NCBI GenBank assembly: GCA_000934665.2
Contig: JYFJ02001851.1
Span: 48,080 to 68,079 of the forward strand
Reading direction: 5' to 3'
Length of the DNA: 20,000 nt
Source: Catajapyx aquilonaris
Lineage: Eukaryota
Shown here: positions 10,139-20,000 of the stretch, one piece after another
Numbering within the stretch: position 1 is the stretch's first letter
Layout: every line of letters begins with the position of its first letter
Notes under the pieces: generated by a model
What the model was told of the DNA's origin: nothing
The model's database searches: none
Seen by the model: the letters and a program-made list of their open reading frames with translations, nothing else
Translations under genes and position numbers: made by a program

Positions 10139-11004
10139 CGCTCTGGTGTTTTTTTTTTAAACAAACAAACTCCTGACAGCAGATTTTGCTACCTTGATAT
10201 TTCACGCAGGGGAATTCAAAAGCCACGGAATATATTTCAAGAAGTAACATATCTTGGGCCTATTGTATATACACTGCCGGAGGGAGTTGAAAAGTTAGAG
10301 GATTCGCAGTTTCGGATTTTGTTCTGAAAAAAATAGTACAATACATAAGTATACGAAGTTGTATTAGCGGCAAGCGGCAATTGTGCTACTTTTTTGTACT
10401 TTCGGAAATGTTTTTGCTTTGTCCTGGCATTTTTGTAGCGGTTGGGACAAGCCTCAAGGGAGGAAACGGGGTCCTACCACATCAGAACAAAAAGTCACGG
10501 AGTCTGCCAATGCCACCCGAATGCCGAAGGGCCGCTTAATTTTTTTAAAACTGTACAGCACAATGAAAAAGTAGTGACTCATCACAGGAGGTCTTATGCT
10601 GAACGAGTCTTAAACGGTTCAAAATGCACGTACTTTTTCAGAATTAGCATAAAATGGAGGTCATTAAAAAAAATCGATCTGAAAAGCAGGCACAGGCTGA
10701 CGATATATTCTAGTGAATTGAGAAAAATGTCGCCCAGCACACGTTCTAGCTTTTACAAGACGACGCCCGCTTTTCTTCTGAACCTTTGAGAGTTCATCGG
10801 ACGCCCCCAAATCCTTGGAATATTGCCCCACGCTTTCCGATGCAATTTGACAGCTGATTCTCGAATATCCCTATAGATATACTTGTACATATAGCCCGCC
10901 TTTATTCTTTACCGCTTTTGAGAACATCATGCTATAGGGGACTAAATATCGTCAGTTATTTCCATCACCAAGTAGAATTTTCTCTGCCTGGTGAAGCCCA
11001 TTTA

Positions 11005-11130
11005 GGGCCAGTTTCACCGAGCTCTGTATATGATAAAACCAGGTTTCTTTAGAAAAATCCATACAAATATGTAGGGATTTTCCCAAAGAAACCTGGTTTT
11101 ATCATATACCGAGCTCAGTGAAACCGGCTC
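11005..11130. repeat. 126-bp near-perfect palindrome (Harbinger-like MITE ends)
   Basis: 61-bp arms (11005-11065 / 11070-11130) are complementary at 54/61 positions, with a 25-bp perfect core and a 4-nt loop AATA. The termini read GGGCCAGTTTCAC / GAGCCGGTTTCAC. TTA is present on the left only. Confidence 0.85.
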
Positions 11131-11619
11131 TCCTAAAGATTCATAATAAGCCATCGAGCCAGGATTTTTTGCACTTGGCATTGGAGGGTGGTACAATAAT
11201 CCATTTGCTGAGGGCGATATTTGACCTGATCTGTGTGAGCAAAACCTCCGGATTTGAAGAGCCAGGTAATTTAAGAGTGGTCGGCAGTATATTGGAGCAC
11301 TAAAATGGATATGGAGCTTCCATCTGCATGAAATCCCATTGCCGGAAATGAGGTGGAGGAAGCAAAATGAGCACCTAAGTTGGTTACCCCGCGAACGTTC
11401 CGGGGTTGGTTGGCACTCAATCGCTTGTTTCCTCTGGAGGTGAGTTACGATGGCACATGGGTAGTATTTTGACCGGTACTTAACATGTTTGTGTTCGCCG
11501 ACGCTAAGGGGAATTTTATGGCGCTTAAGGGTCCATAGAACGTGGCCTAGGTGATAAGCTGTGTGATTTTTAACTCCAGCTTACCGTCACAAGGAGGGTT
11601 AACTCTCAAAAATATGAGA

Positions 11620-12415
11620 ACGAATTTGCACTTCCTACGTACTTGTGCATTGGATGCCGCTAGTTTATAGGATATGGGACGTTGTTTTTACTATGATGAC
11701 GCTGTTTCGGGATACCTTCATGCTATGAACGGGGCAGCCGGATTTTTAGTGGCGCAAAACATGTGAAAACCTGAAATGCAGAACGATCAGGCAAAAAGTG
11801 AGTTAGGTATTGATTAATGTACTTTCTAATGGTCGAGTCACATTTCTGATAAAGAAATTTGCGAGCAAACCAATTATCCCATAACCATAAGAGGTAATGC
11901 AAATTTCAAATTTCAAACCATCATATTTCGAAATCAGTAAAATGTCACTCTGATCGTTCTGTTTGCCTTCAGATGGTAGAGCCTGTGTGCCGTTGAGTCG
12001 TTGACTAAATTCCACGTGAATAATAATATAATTCATACCCCGTTATCAGCCTATCGGCTCTTTAGGGGGGAAGTTTTTGTTTTGCCTGGAACTCTTTGCT
12101 CTCTTTTTACTGCGCTTTTTGGGATAGGATAGGGACGGAAGGAAGCGGCTGTGGCCTATTAATTACGGAAACAACTCCGGAATTTTCCTGGAAGGACCGT
12201 GGGAAACCACAGAAAACCACGGTCAGAGTTGCCGACCCCGGGATTCGAACCCAGGACCTCCCGATTAGCAGTTGGACGCCTTATCCACTATGCCAACCTG
12301 CTTCGGTACGTGAATAATATATTCTGTAATATTGAAAAACAGGTTTAGGCTCTATGGGGATTGGGCAAGGAGGCGTGTAGCTGCGAATGGTATGTACGCG
12401 TGCTGTACACTAGGA
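11620..12415 (+). mobile_element. Decayed PIF/Harbinger transposase, interrupted by a SINE
   Basis: Ordered motifs: YLCIG (11640-11654; ~LRYLATG), SL*DMGRCF..VSG, SHIS-IK (11836; ~DGTHIxIK), YPITIRGNANFKF (~YSIxLQ..DANYKF), HSDRSV, SY-PLSAY. After the SINE: ILKNRFR (12329-12349) and YACCTL (12395-12412). Confidence 0.6.
12116..12307 (-). mobile_element. tRNA-derived SINE resembling Talua/Lm1-type insect SINEs
   Basis: The minus strand has A box TGGCATAGTGG and B box GGTTCGAATCCC. The body reads ggttttctgtggtttccc...ccaggaaaattccgg...ggccacagccgcttccttcc and ends ctatcctatcccaaaaa. Confidence 0.85.
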
Positions 12416-12599
12416 GTGGTATCCACAAGCATGCCAGGTATAAAAGCATGTTTTTCAAAATTTAGACTTGTGTCACCAATGTTGTCATTACTAAGCGAGC
12501 AACAACTGCAACCAAAGTGACGCAAATGCAAACTGGAACAGATTGGAATATACACAGGTATTCCTGTATAGTGTATACAATCAGTAGGAGAATGAGTAC

Positions 12600-12960
12600 C
12601 CCCTCGGGAATATTGCAACTGTATGAGCGAAAAATTAGTCTTAATTACATTAATACACTTCGGAAAATGACACGAGGTGTATCAGAAGCTTCAATTACTG
12701 TATATAAAATATTGAGCACTTTTTGGCTATAAGGCATATTTGAGGCTTTGGTATGGCGACATCGCGAAGGTGGCCGACGTTGATACATTGCCGGTGTTGG
12801 CTGGAGCTGTCATTTTCATGATTGCAGCAACGTGCACGTTAGAAATGGCTATAATTTAATGACCCCAGCAACTAAGTGAAACAAGACGGGATTACAAGCG
12901 TCCCTTGGCATGATTGCTCAACGCTTCGCCAATTAGCACAATACGGTAATTAGACCTCGA
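12600..12960 (+). mobile_element. Possible decayed Tc1-like transposase C-terminal half
   Basis: GILQLYERKISLNYINTL (~G.L.FIEG.MN..KYINIL), IFM..ATC, GITSVPW (12888-12908) and shifted L-PIS (~SPDLSPIE). Confidence 0.3.
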
Positions 12961-13359
12961 GTGGAAATTGCCAGCTCGAATTCACAGGGCGGGTTAAGGA
13001 GGGGGGAAAAAACACCACCTCATCTGAAGGCAAGTACAGTTTGCCGTAAGAAAGGGCTATGAGGCTGTAAAACTCATTATGGCGTGAAGTCGAGGCACTT
13101 GAAAGTGAGGAGAGGTCAGCAAACACCGTTTGTTGTCGCGGCTTGTTTGCACCGCTTAGTGTCGCTGGATACTCAGAAGGGGACCATGTAACTTATATGT
13201 GCAAGTAAAGTTGTTTCGTGAAAGGGTATGAAACATGGAGTAAAATGTACTTTGTACCACATATTATACTGTCACGGACTCATTTCTTGAGAGTGTGTCG
13301 GCAACAATATCGTGCAGATAGTTACGGTAAGAAACTAATGGTGCGCTCAGGGTGCGCTT

Positions 13360-14029
13360 CTAACAAGGAACATACCTCGGGTGACAATAAAGGATCTCGA
13401 GGAAACTGAATATGCTAATAATGTTCATAAAGGACAATATATGATAACCAAAAATGAAGTCATTTCGGACTGAAGTTCATATTTGCAGAAGTTATGACGT
13501 GTTAAAGTGACAAAACTGGTAAGCTACATTTCCATACGCAATGGGATTACGTTATCGACCACATATAATAGCATTGAAGTGTGTAATCAGTTTTATTGTA
13601 CCAAATACACCTGAAATGTAAAGAAGTAAGCCAAATCGATGAGGTTGACACTCGTGATATGTCATGAGATGAGCTTCTTTTGTTCGGCACATTTCAATAC
13701 CGGTATTCGTTTCTGTATCAACCGTTCATTGAAAAGTGAACTGCATACTATGCTTAAGTAAATTGTATGACAGTTAAATAATGTGTAATTGGTACGTACA
13801 CTAAAACTGATTACATACTTCAATGCCATGTATGTGGTCGCTAACGCAATCCCATTGAGTATGAAAATGTACCATTTTTGTCGCTTTAACATGCCACGAC
13901 TTTTGCAAATATGATTTCAACCCGAAATGACTTTATTTTTGGTTATCATAATTATATTGTCCTTTATTAGCATATTCAGTTTCATCAAGATCCGTTACTA
14001 TCACCCGAGATAATTATGTTCCTTGTGAG
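13360..14029. mobile_element. Foldback element with ~250-bp inverted arms
   Basis: Left arm 13360-13610 and right arm 13783-14029 are diverged reverse complements (e.g. gaaactgaatatgctaataa / ttattagcatattcagtttc). The spacer is ~172 bp. No target duplication was seen. Confidence 0.8.
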
Positions 14030-14099
14030 TTATCTTATCAGTATTGGCTGTGATATTATACATGTAGTCAACTAGGGTCACAACCTGTCTCGTTAGTTA

Positions 14100-15060
14100 A
14101 AATATGTAGATAGTTTATACAGAGACCGATGTGGAGCGTGTATGGAAGTCCCCCGTGTATTTAATGATGGAAACGCTTGGCTTTCGCATTTCCATGTTAC
14201 ACAGCAGGAACTAATGACCCCAGCTGCCCATTGATTTTTACAAACATAAATCATGGGGAGATTATTTTTGCATAAGGATAATTTGAGACAATTTTTCATG
14301 AGGCATCTCCTCAGGTAATGGAACTCGCAAACTATATTACAAAACATGGAGTAAACTCAACATCAGGCGTATAATTTAGTATAGCTAACATCAGTTTATT
14401 TGGGGAAAGTGGTAACGTTGTGGATGTTAAATATTTGGACGATGCACATCTTGATTGATTAAATTCCTGATTCCATCGATTTTATTTAATGAATTTTGAC
14501 AAGAAAAACTTTCGAACCCCAACCGTTCTTATCTGTTTCTACTACGTACAATATATTGTCAAGTAGTGACTTGTGACGTTGTGACACCTGTTGTCAGGGA
14601 GCTGGCGTTTACCATTTGTCCCTGGAGGCTGTTGGGCTATAAGCGCGAAGACAGGAGACCCAAGTTTTAAATACCTACAGGTTTATACCACGACTATTTG
14701 GCAGGTGCTGTTTGACGATCTTGTTAAAGGTTTGGCACCTTCGACAAGGCTCTACCTGCTCCAGGCATTAAAGTGACGGACAAGGCAATACTCCCGTCTC
14801 CTCGGGCCATTTGTGCCCAGATAGCCTTAATAGGCGTGGGTGCGAATCGGCCGTAAATGAGTTTAACTAGGGAACCGATTGAGACTGCTTTCACTTGGTC
14901 ATTTCTCTTGAATGGGTTACGACAATCGTGCCTACTGGAATTTATACGTATGAAATTTGAGGAGACATTCAGCCTTTGTGTGCAGTTTTTTCTCTGTAAA
15001 TATTTGTATTCGGGCTCACACCTGCTGGACTCATCATAATGTACCGACACGTCCTGACTC
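14100..15060 (+). mobile_element. Decayed LINE reverse transcriptase (CR1/L2-group-like)
   Basis: RVFND...VTQQELMTQL (14154 onward), SWGDYF, GI-PQ (14302-14314), KYLDD (14429-14443), WRLPF.P..C, FKYLQVY...W...DDLVK...RLYLLQALK (14666-14773), SCLLEF and HNVPTR. Confidence 0.7.
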
Positions 15061-15281
15061 CTTAACAAAGAAGAGGTTATTGCGACCATGATCTGTGTGA
15101 CGTCATGTTTTTAGATTCTTATCTTTTCTCGGGGCTATTTTCGCTAGTTTAAATACTGACTATACTCTTTGCATATACAGTACGGCACAGGCACAGGCCA
15201 TCGGTATATGATTGCCGTTATTAGGGATTGGCCGTAGTGGTATGCAGGCATTTATGGGGAGAGGTGTATGTGAAAATATAT

Positions 15282-15460
15282 GGTCCGATGGAGTAATGGT
15301 TAAGGTCGCAGCCATACCAACTCTGAGGTCCCGAGTGCGATGTCCGGATCGGAGAGGGGATTTTCTCATGTGGAAAAGTTTCGATTGGTATTTCCGTGTT
15401 TTCGCGTGGGTTTTCTCCCACTATCAAACTCCATCAGCAGCGCAGGAATAGAATACAGTC
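15282..15460 (+). mobile_element. Degenerate tRNA-derived SINE
   Basis: Head ggtccgatggagtaatggttaagg (A box), degenerate T arm ccgagtgcgatgtccgg and acceptor-like tccga/tcgga pairing. The body contains gtgggttttctccc. The 3' end is approximate. Confidence 0.6.
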
Positions 15461-15482
15461 GGGAATATAAAAGAGAAGCCCT

Positions 15483-15830
15483 ATGTTGCCCGTGGTAACA
15501 TTATTATGCAATAGTAGATTTTTTCAGGCACGTGTCAGGAATATCCGAGTGGGTGGTAGTTATATTTGGACACTGCATGGGAGCGGATCGTCTTGTCCCC
15601 TCAACCGCTTTATTCTGCCTAATAACTCGAATCACAGGACATTCTCCCCGGAGATTGTTGAATCGCTTAAGTGAATTGTACTTGCCTGTGCAATATGAAG
15701 TGACAGAAATTACTGCCAGTAGTCGGTAATGTGACAATGTGTCTAGACCACTTGGTCTGCTCGTCACGTCTTGTGATGCGGTAATTTGTCTCGCATATAA
15801 GGCCCGGTTTTATGAATGCAAAATAAGGAG
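15483..15830 (+). mobile_element. Decayed LINE RT N-terminal fragment
   Basis: VTLLCNS, then SEWVVVI...DRLVPSTALFCL...RRLLNRL...VQYEV (~W...D..PSSYRPICL...RLLLNRL...QYGF), then DAVICLAYKARF (~FLDxKxAFD). Confidence 0.45.
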
Positions 15831-16869
15831 AAAATATCCGATTATGTGTTGTGAAATACATTACCGTAGACTGTCTATAACTTGTGTTTATGTAATCAGC
15901 CATGAGATCAAAAGTGCTAGATTTGCGAAGATGACTGGCCTTGTTAGGTGAGAGTGGGTGATTCACATGAATCAGTGACACAATTTTTCATGGCTGCATG
16001 CCCAAAGATTAATTTATTATTAATGTGAAGTTAGAATTTTTGTTTAATGCACATGTAGGAGCGCCTGATATAGCTACCTATAGTTCATTTGCAAAATTTC
16101 AATGTAGTTGCAAATACTGAATATTGTTAGCATGTGTTAGCCCAATATCCAACTGTTGTAATGTATATTAATATATTTTCATGTTAGATGGCACATTTCT
16201 CAAACTAATCAAAGACGTACATTTTTATAAACACACGGCGTTATGTGAGAGTGATTGGTATAGATCCGAGTTTGGTTCGCTGTTATTGTATGAATGTCCT
16301 TTCGCCATTGAAAACCAGTGATAAATGTGTCCAACGAACAATTGGTAAGGCATTCCATGCTAATTACATTCCTGTCACAGTGTCATTAAATTAAACTATT
16401 GTAGTAGTTCGCGGCCTGTCAATTCACATTCACTCCCTGTTCATATTTTCCAACTAATTAAGCCCAATTACATTCTGCTTCTCTCCTAAACTTATTATGA
16501 ATTTTGAATTCCCACTGAGAGTGGTATGATGCCAATAATTACCCACTTGTGATCGGTTTGTGATCGGTTGAAGTTTACTAGTATCGGACTCGTTGCCAAA
16601 ATTTGGTTTGGTTTAGTTTGGTTTATTAGGAAGAAGCCAAAGCAACTGTGGCTATCTGGCTGTAGAAGAAGCAAAGGTGGGACACCTTTGGACCAAAATT
16701 TGGCAACGCTGTTTGGTATCACTTGTAAGTAGTATGATAGGCCCCTATACCAGTTGGCACATAGGCACACTACTGCCGTGCTTAGGGGGAAAGTAGTATT
16801 ACATGCACATTGGTGATGAGTCACCGTGTGGACAAAGCCCACCAGGGTGGTATGACCAGCTCTTGTCTC

Positions 16870-17460
16870 GCCTTCATTGACGTACGGCCCATCATCTCTG
16901 ACCGCTATATGTCGTCTTTAAAGGGAAATGTGAAAATCTCTGGCAACTACTACTTAGGGCCTAGGCGATGAGTGTTGACGAACATATAAGCGAGAGGATA
17001 AGGCTTTTAGATAATATTGATAGAACCATAATAAAGGGGAAAGTGATAACGCACCAATACCCGAGATTGTCTATAGGTGTCTTACGGAAAAAGCTATTGT
17101 TGCTCTCAACGCCACCTCATGCCGACTGTCTTTTCACCAGTTGTAGGTGCCCTGCGTTACGGGCGCTCTGGTAATAGTATCGAAGTGCGAATTGGGCAAT
17201 AAACAACAGCCGCTGTCGCTTTCCTCCCCTGCTCTATCCTATCCTAAATAGTATACTACAAGACGAATATCCAGGCGTCTATGGTGTGACAACACATGAA
17301 AAAGTTGGCACCGTCGCCTAGAGGGGCGTCCTTGTCAAGCACTAAAGAAACCTCCATCAAGATGATTCCCATGAGAAGAGCAAGAGGCGGCCCGCTGCAC
17401 CGTATAGTTCTAAAGCAATCTCCAGAAAAGGGCTGGTCGTAAGGGGTAGCTGGGGAAATA

Positions 17461-17532
<72 letters not shown>

Positions 17533-17980
17533 CGAGCTGAGATCTGATCGACACTGTATAATGAAATTGACGGCATGTTGCACAGTGTGATATATACCTT
17601 CAAACGGGGCCATCTTGTTTGAGCTGGCCAGGAAGATCTGAGCCTCCAGTAACGAAAGTGCGGCAGAAGTTAGTGCTCACCACTCCCTGCCACTCTGCTG
17701 TCCCCTGGGACACCCCGAACCCAAAACTGGCGCCGAAAAATGGTGGATGCCACAGACTGAAGCAACGAAAGTACCTCGGCAGAAGCCCCTAAGGCACGTC
17801 CGTAGGGCAGGAAAGAAGCACTTGCCCTGTTTAACCTCCGCAATGATTGCATTATTTTCATATTAGAAAATAGGAGTCAGAGGAGGTTAGTCTATTGATT
17901 CCTAAGAACTAGCTCTCGGAGTCTGACTGGCAGTGCCTAATGAATTTATATTTAGAAAATCAATAGTAGAAGCTGGCTAC
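16870..17980 (+). mobile_element. Possible decayed LINE ORF2 (endonuclease end, linker, RT start)
   Basis: PIISDRY (~GISDH), VDE....LLDNIDR...YPRLS, *QHMKKL, WRR..V, KARP, ILENRSQRRLVY*FL (17860-17904; ~LLERMINRRLVWFLE) and FRKS. Confidence 0.35.
17457..17531. repeat. (AAT)n microsatellite
   Basis: (AAT)2 AGT (AAT)22. It explains the poly-I, poly-L and poly-Y ORFs on the minus strand. Confidence 0.98.
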
Positions 17981-18253
17981 TCCCCTCTTTAACCCCTATA
18001 TTCTACCTCTCTCCTTGTCCTTTTCCTCCTAGTCAGGCTCCCAAAGATGGTGGGTACATGATGGTCTTTGTTCTGCCCGCAAAGGAAAATACCTGGTAAA
18101 CCAATACGGTTTGTTGTCGAAAAGCCATCACATTAATGCGACGAAGGTGGACAGACCCACGGAAAAAGTGTGGGGCCAAATGAAGCACTTGTGGAATAGG
18201 ATGGTTATTGCACTAATTGGTTCACGTTTTGAGGTGGCCTGTCCCAACTAGCA

Positions 18254-18560
18254 TTGAAGGCCCGAAAAGCGCCTTTTTCGGTGTTTTCCAAGGTTACGGA
18301 AGCTTTGGATTAAAACCTACAATTTTTACTATTGACGACTGGAAAAGGAGGGTCTTCATTTTTCAACAAAGTTGGTTTAACCAATAACAAAAGCCACTTT
18401 GTGTTCATTCATAACATTCAATTTATGAGTAGTGTGCTTTTGACCCATAGGGTACAAGCACGGACCTTTATTTCAGCCATTGGTGTACATAGAAGGACCT
18501 TTCGCGAAACACCAGGGCCCAGGGGCAGGATGACAGGAGGACATGTGCAAGGTGCAGTGC
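18254..18560 (+). mobile_element. Possible decayed Tc1-like transposase fragment
   Basis: LKARKAPF, FTIDDWKRRVFIFQQSWFN (18325-18381; ~WTxEDWKKVIFSDESKFN), in-frame FDP*GT at roughly canonical spacing, shifted KHG and GPRGRMT. Confidence 0.4.
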
Positions 18561-18584
18561 AAAGTTTCCAAGATGGTAGATAGT

Positions 18585-18746
18585 TTGTGAACTCCCCCGG
18601 GTGGTTATGTCTAGCGGAAATTCCACGCGAGACGAAGCCAGAGACGACCCAACTCTGCACGAGATGAAGGGGGGAACCCTGGGCTGGGATCGAACCCGGG
18701 ACCTTAACATCCGTGGGCGCAAACGTTACCGCAGCGCCACTCCGCC
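18585..18746 (-). mobile_element. tRNA-derived SINE (third family)
   Basis: The minus strand starts ggcggagTGGCGCTGCGGtaa (A-box-like) and has ccgGGTTCGATCCCag (B box). Its body is unlike the other two SINEs. The 3' end is approximate. Confidence 0.7.
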
Positions 18747-18899
18747 TCCCCTCATAACATTCCATTGGAAACTGCACAATGTGTATGCTACAGGTCAAAT
18801 TAATTGGATTTGTACTCCGGAAGTTGTCTGATAATATCGGTTTAACTTCTCTGTCGAGTTATTTTTACTCGTGTCCTCAAAAAATTCCTGCAATATTGG

Positions 18900-20000
18900 C
18901 CCGACTACCTATTGGTTTCCAACTCAATCACTGAGGGAAGCCTGCTAAAATATTATCTTTGCAATGATTGGGTCCTTGAATGTCCTTAGGGGCTACCCCG
19001 GGAAAGCAGGCATGACTCACAGTGACAGGCTCATTTCCTAGACCTAGATATTTGGTTGCTAATAAGATTAGGAGTTACAAAGAAGCCAGTAATGACACGA
19101 TAATGGACATAAATCCGTTAGGAGGACTTTTGCTTTCAAAAGTGGCTCTTTTAGTCAAAAGTTCCATCATTATAGAATTCAAGTGGATTGTCACTACCAT
19201 ACATCTACAGCATATAATTGGATATAGACGGGAAACGAGAGGAAGATCCAAAAGGAATGTTAGATCTGACTCCCCTAGGTCATCCGAGGGGTCACTCAGG
19301 GTCGTGATTCAAACAAACAATGGGTGCAGACAGCCTGTTCATTGATCAAGCCACCTCCGTGGCCGCGTTACGAGACTACTGACTCACCTTGCATCCTCTC
19401 ACCAGGTCTGCCACTCGACAACCCCGCATCCTGCCATCTCTTGATAAAACTGTCAACCTCCTAACAGCCCCATCTAGATGTGTAGAACAATATTCGTCAC
19501 CTACAATACAGTGTTGGTCATATATCGAGGCAACTGCCAGCGACATTTTCCGAAGCGGCAGAAGAAGGAATCGAAGATAAGCATGCTACAAGCCGGGCGA
19601 GCAAGATTCCTTCTTCTGCCGCTTCGGAAAATGTCGCTGGCGGTTGCCTCGATATACAGGGTGATCCAACTTTATGGCACCAGTAGTTATTGGAAAAATC
19701 GCGCAAGCTGCTTGTTTATAAGCAGGTCGTTGCTAAGAGATGCTTTCTGGCTCTTTCTGGAGAATCGGGAATAGCACCTGCTGATATTAGGTCCAATGCC
19801 CATGTAACAATATTAATGAGGGAAAAAGGGTCATCCGTGGGAAACAGGCCTGTTCTGGTGTTCGCTGGAGGGTTTCACATGAGGTCACTAGCTGCCAAAC
19901 CAGAGGCCTAATCCGTCGGAACTGGACAGACCCGGGTGTGTCAATAAATAGGCCTTCTGGTCTGTTCATTGTTGGCCGCAGTTGGCGCAACTGAGGCAGC
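18900..20000 (-). mobile_element. Decayed LINE: ORF1 zinc knuckle and ORF2 endonuclease (Jockey/I-like)
   Basis: CANCGQ (19989-19972), then NIVL, VLSRDGRMRGCRVADLVR (~YRRDR..RGGGVAILVR), SDLTFLLDL...PIICC (~DL..LL...IIAGDFN) and a TN(W)-like motif near 18915. It is interrupted by the hairpin at 19521-19656. Confidence 0.5.
19521..19656. repeat. Near-perfect hairpin insertion (52-bp arms, 32-nt loop), TATA-flanked, MITE-like
   Basis: 19521-19572 and 19605-19656 are complementary at 51/52 positions; the one difference would be a U-G pair in + strand RNA. Structure: TATA|TCGAGG...CCTCGA|TATA. Confidence 0.92.

Noticed and set aside
10270..11290. TA-CACTGCCGG ... TCGGCAGTA-TA as Tc1-type ends
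   Set aside because: Only about 9 terminal bases match, and the inverted similarity does not extend convincingly.
11416..11445. Second ratchet-like site ttgtttcctctgGAG|GTGAGT
   Set aside because: A GAG acceptor is disfavoured, and GGTGAGT is expected about once per strand by chance in 20 kb.
11771..11972. GT-AG intron-like segment (11798-11972) bracketed by a 12-bp inverted repeat (11779-11790 / 11950-11961)
   Set aside because: It lies inside the Harbinger transposase relic, the flanking exons have no credible frame, and there is no target duplication.
12230..12307. Functional tRNA gene
   Set aside because: The acceptor stem is poor and the sequence runs directly into a SINE body. The same applies at 15282 and 18746.
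15931..15953. TAG|GTGAGA ratchet-like site
   Set aside because: The pyrimidine tract is short, the donor is imperfect, and it is adjacent to a LINE relic.
17457..17531. (AAT)n as a retroelement tail or coding homopolymer
   Set aside because: LINE-like motifs appear to continue on both sides, so a simple microsatellite expansion is sufficient.
19388..19500. Apparent 113-nt minus-strand exon (tgtag|...AAG|gtgagt) with an open frame
   Set aside because: The acceptor is weak, and the peptide matches the LINE endonuclease RRDR..GGGVAILVR motif.
19655..19670. TACAGGGTG as a mariner-type terminus
   Set aside because: There is no partner end in the window, and the sequence falls within the LINE relic.
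43..19990. ORF track entries as real genes
   Set aside because: All are at most 126 aa, overlap on both strands, and are explained by chance, a microsatellite or fossil transposon frames.

Overview
This is eukaryotic non-coding DNA, most likely from a large-genome insect (judged from a Talua/Lm1-like SINE). It contains no intact gene: every listed ORF is at most 126 aa and is either spurious or a fragment of a fossil transposon. Manual reading across frameshifts suggests a dense layer of ancient decayed elements: LINE endonuclease/RT relics, a Penelope-like relic, two Ty3/Gypsy integrase relics, and Harbinger and Tc1/mariner transposase relics. Younger elements sit on top of these: three tRNA-derived SINEs, a TTAA-flanked Kolobok-like element, several MITEs, two long foldbacks and two near-perfect hairpins. 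Two signals stand out. (i) A branchpoint-polypyrimidine-CAG|GTGAGT motif at 5044-5075 is a candidate recursive splice site, which would place the window inside a very long + strand intron. (ii) TA-CAG-TA/TA-CTG-TA and TA-GGC-TA/TA-GCC-TA words are in excess and are stacked head to tail inside a fossil RT motif, as expected of accumulated transposon excision footprints. All protein-family calls are by-eye motif matches, not database results.
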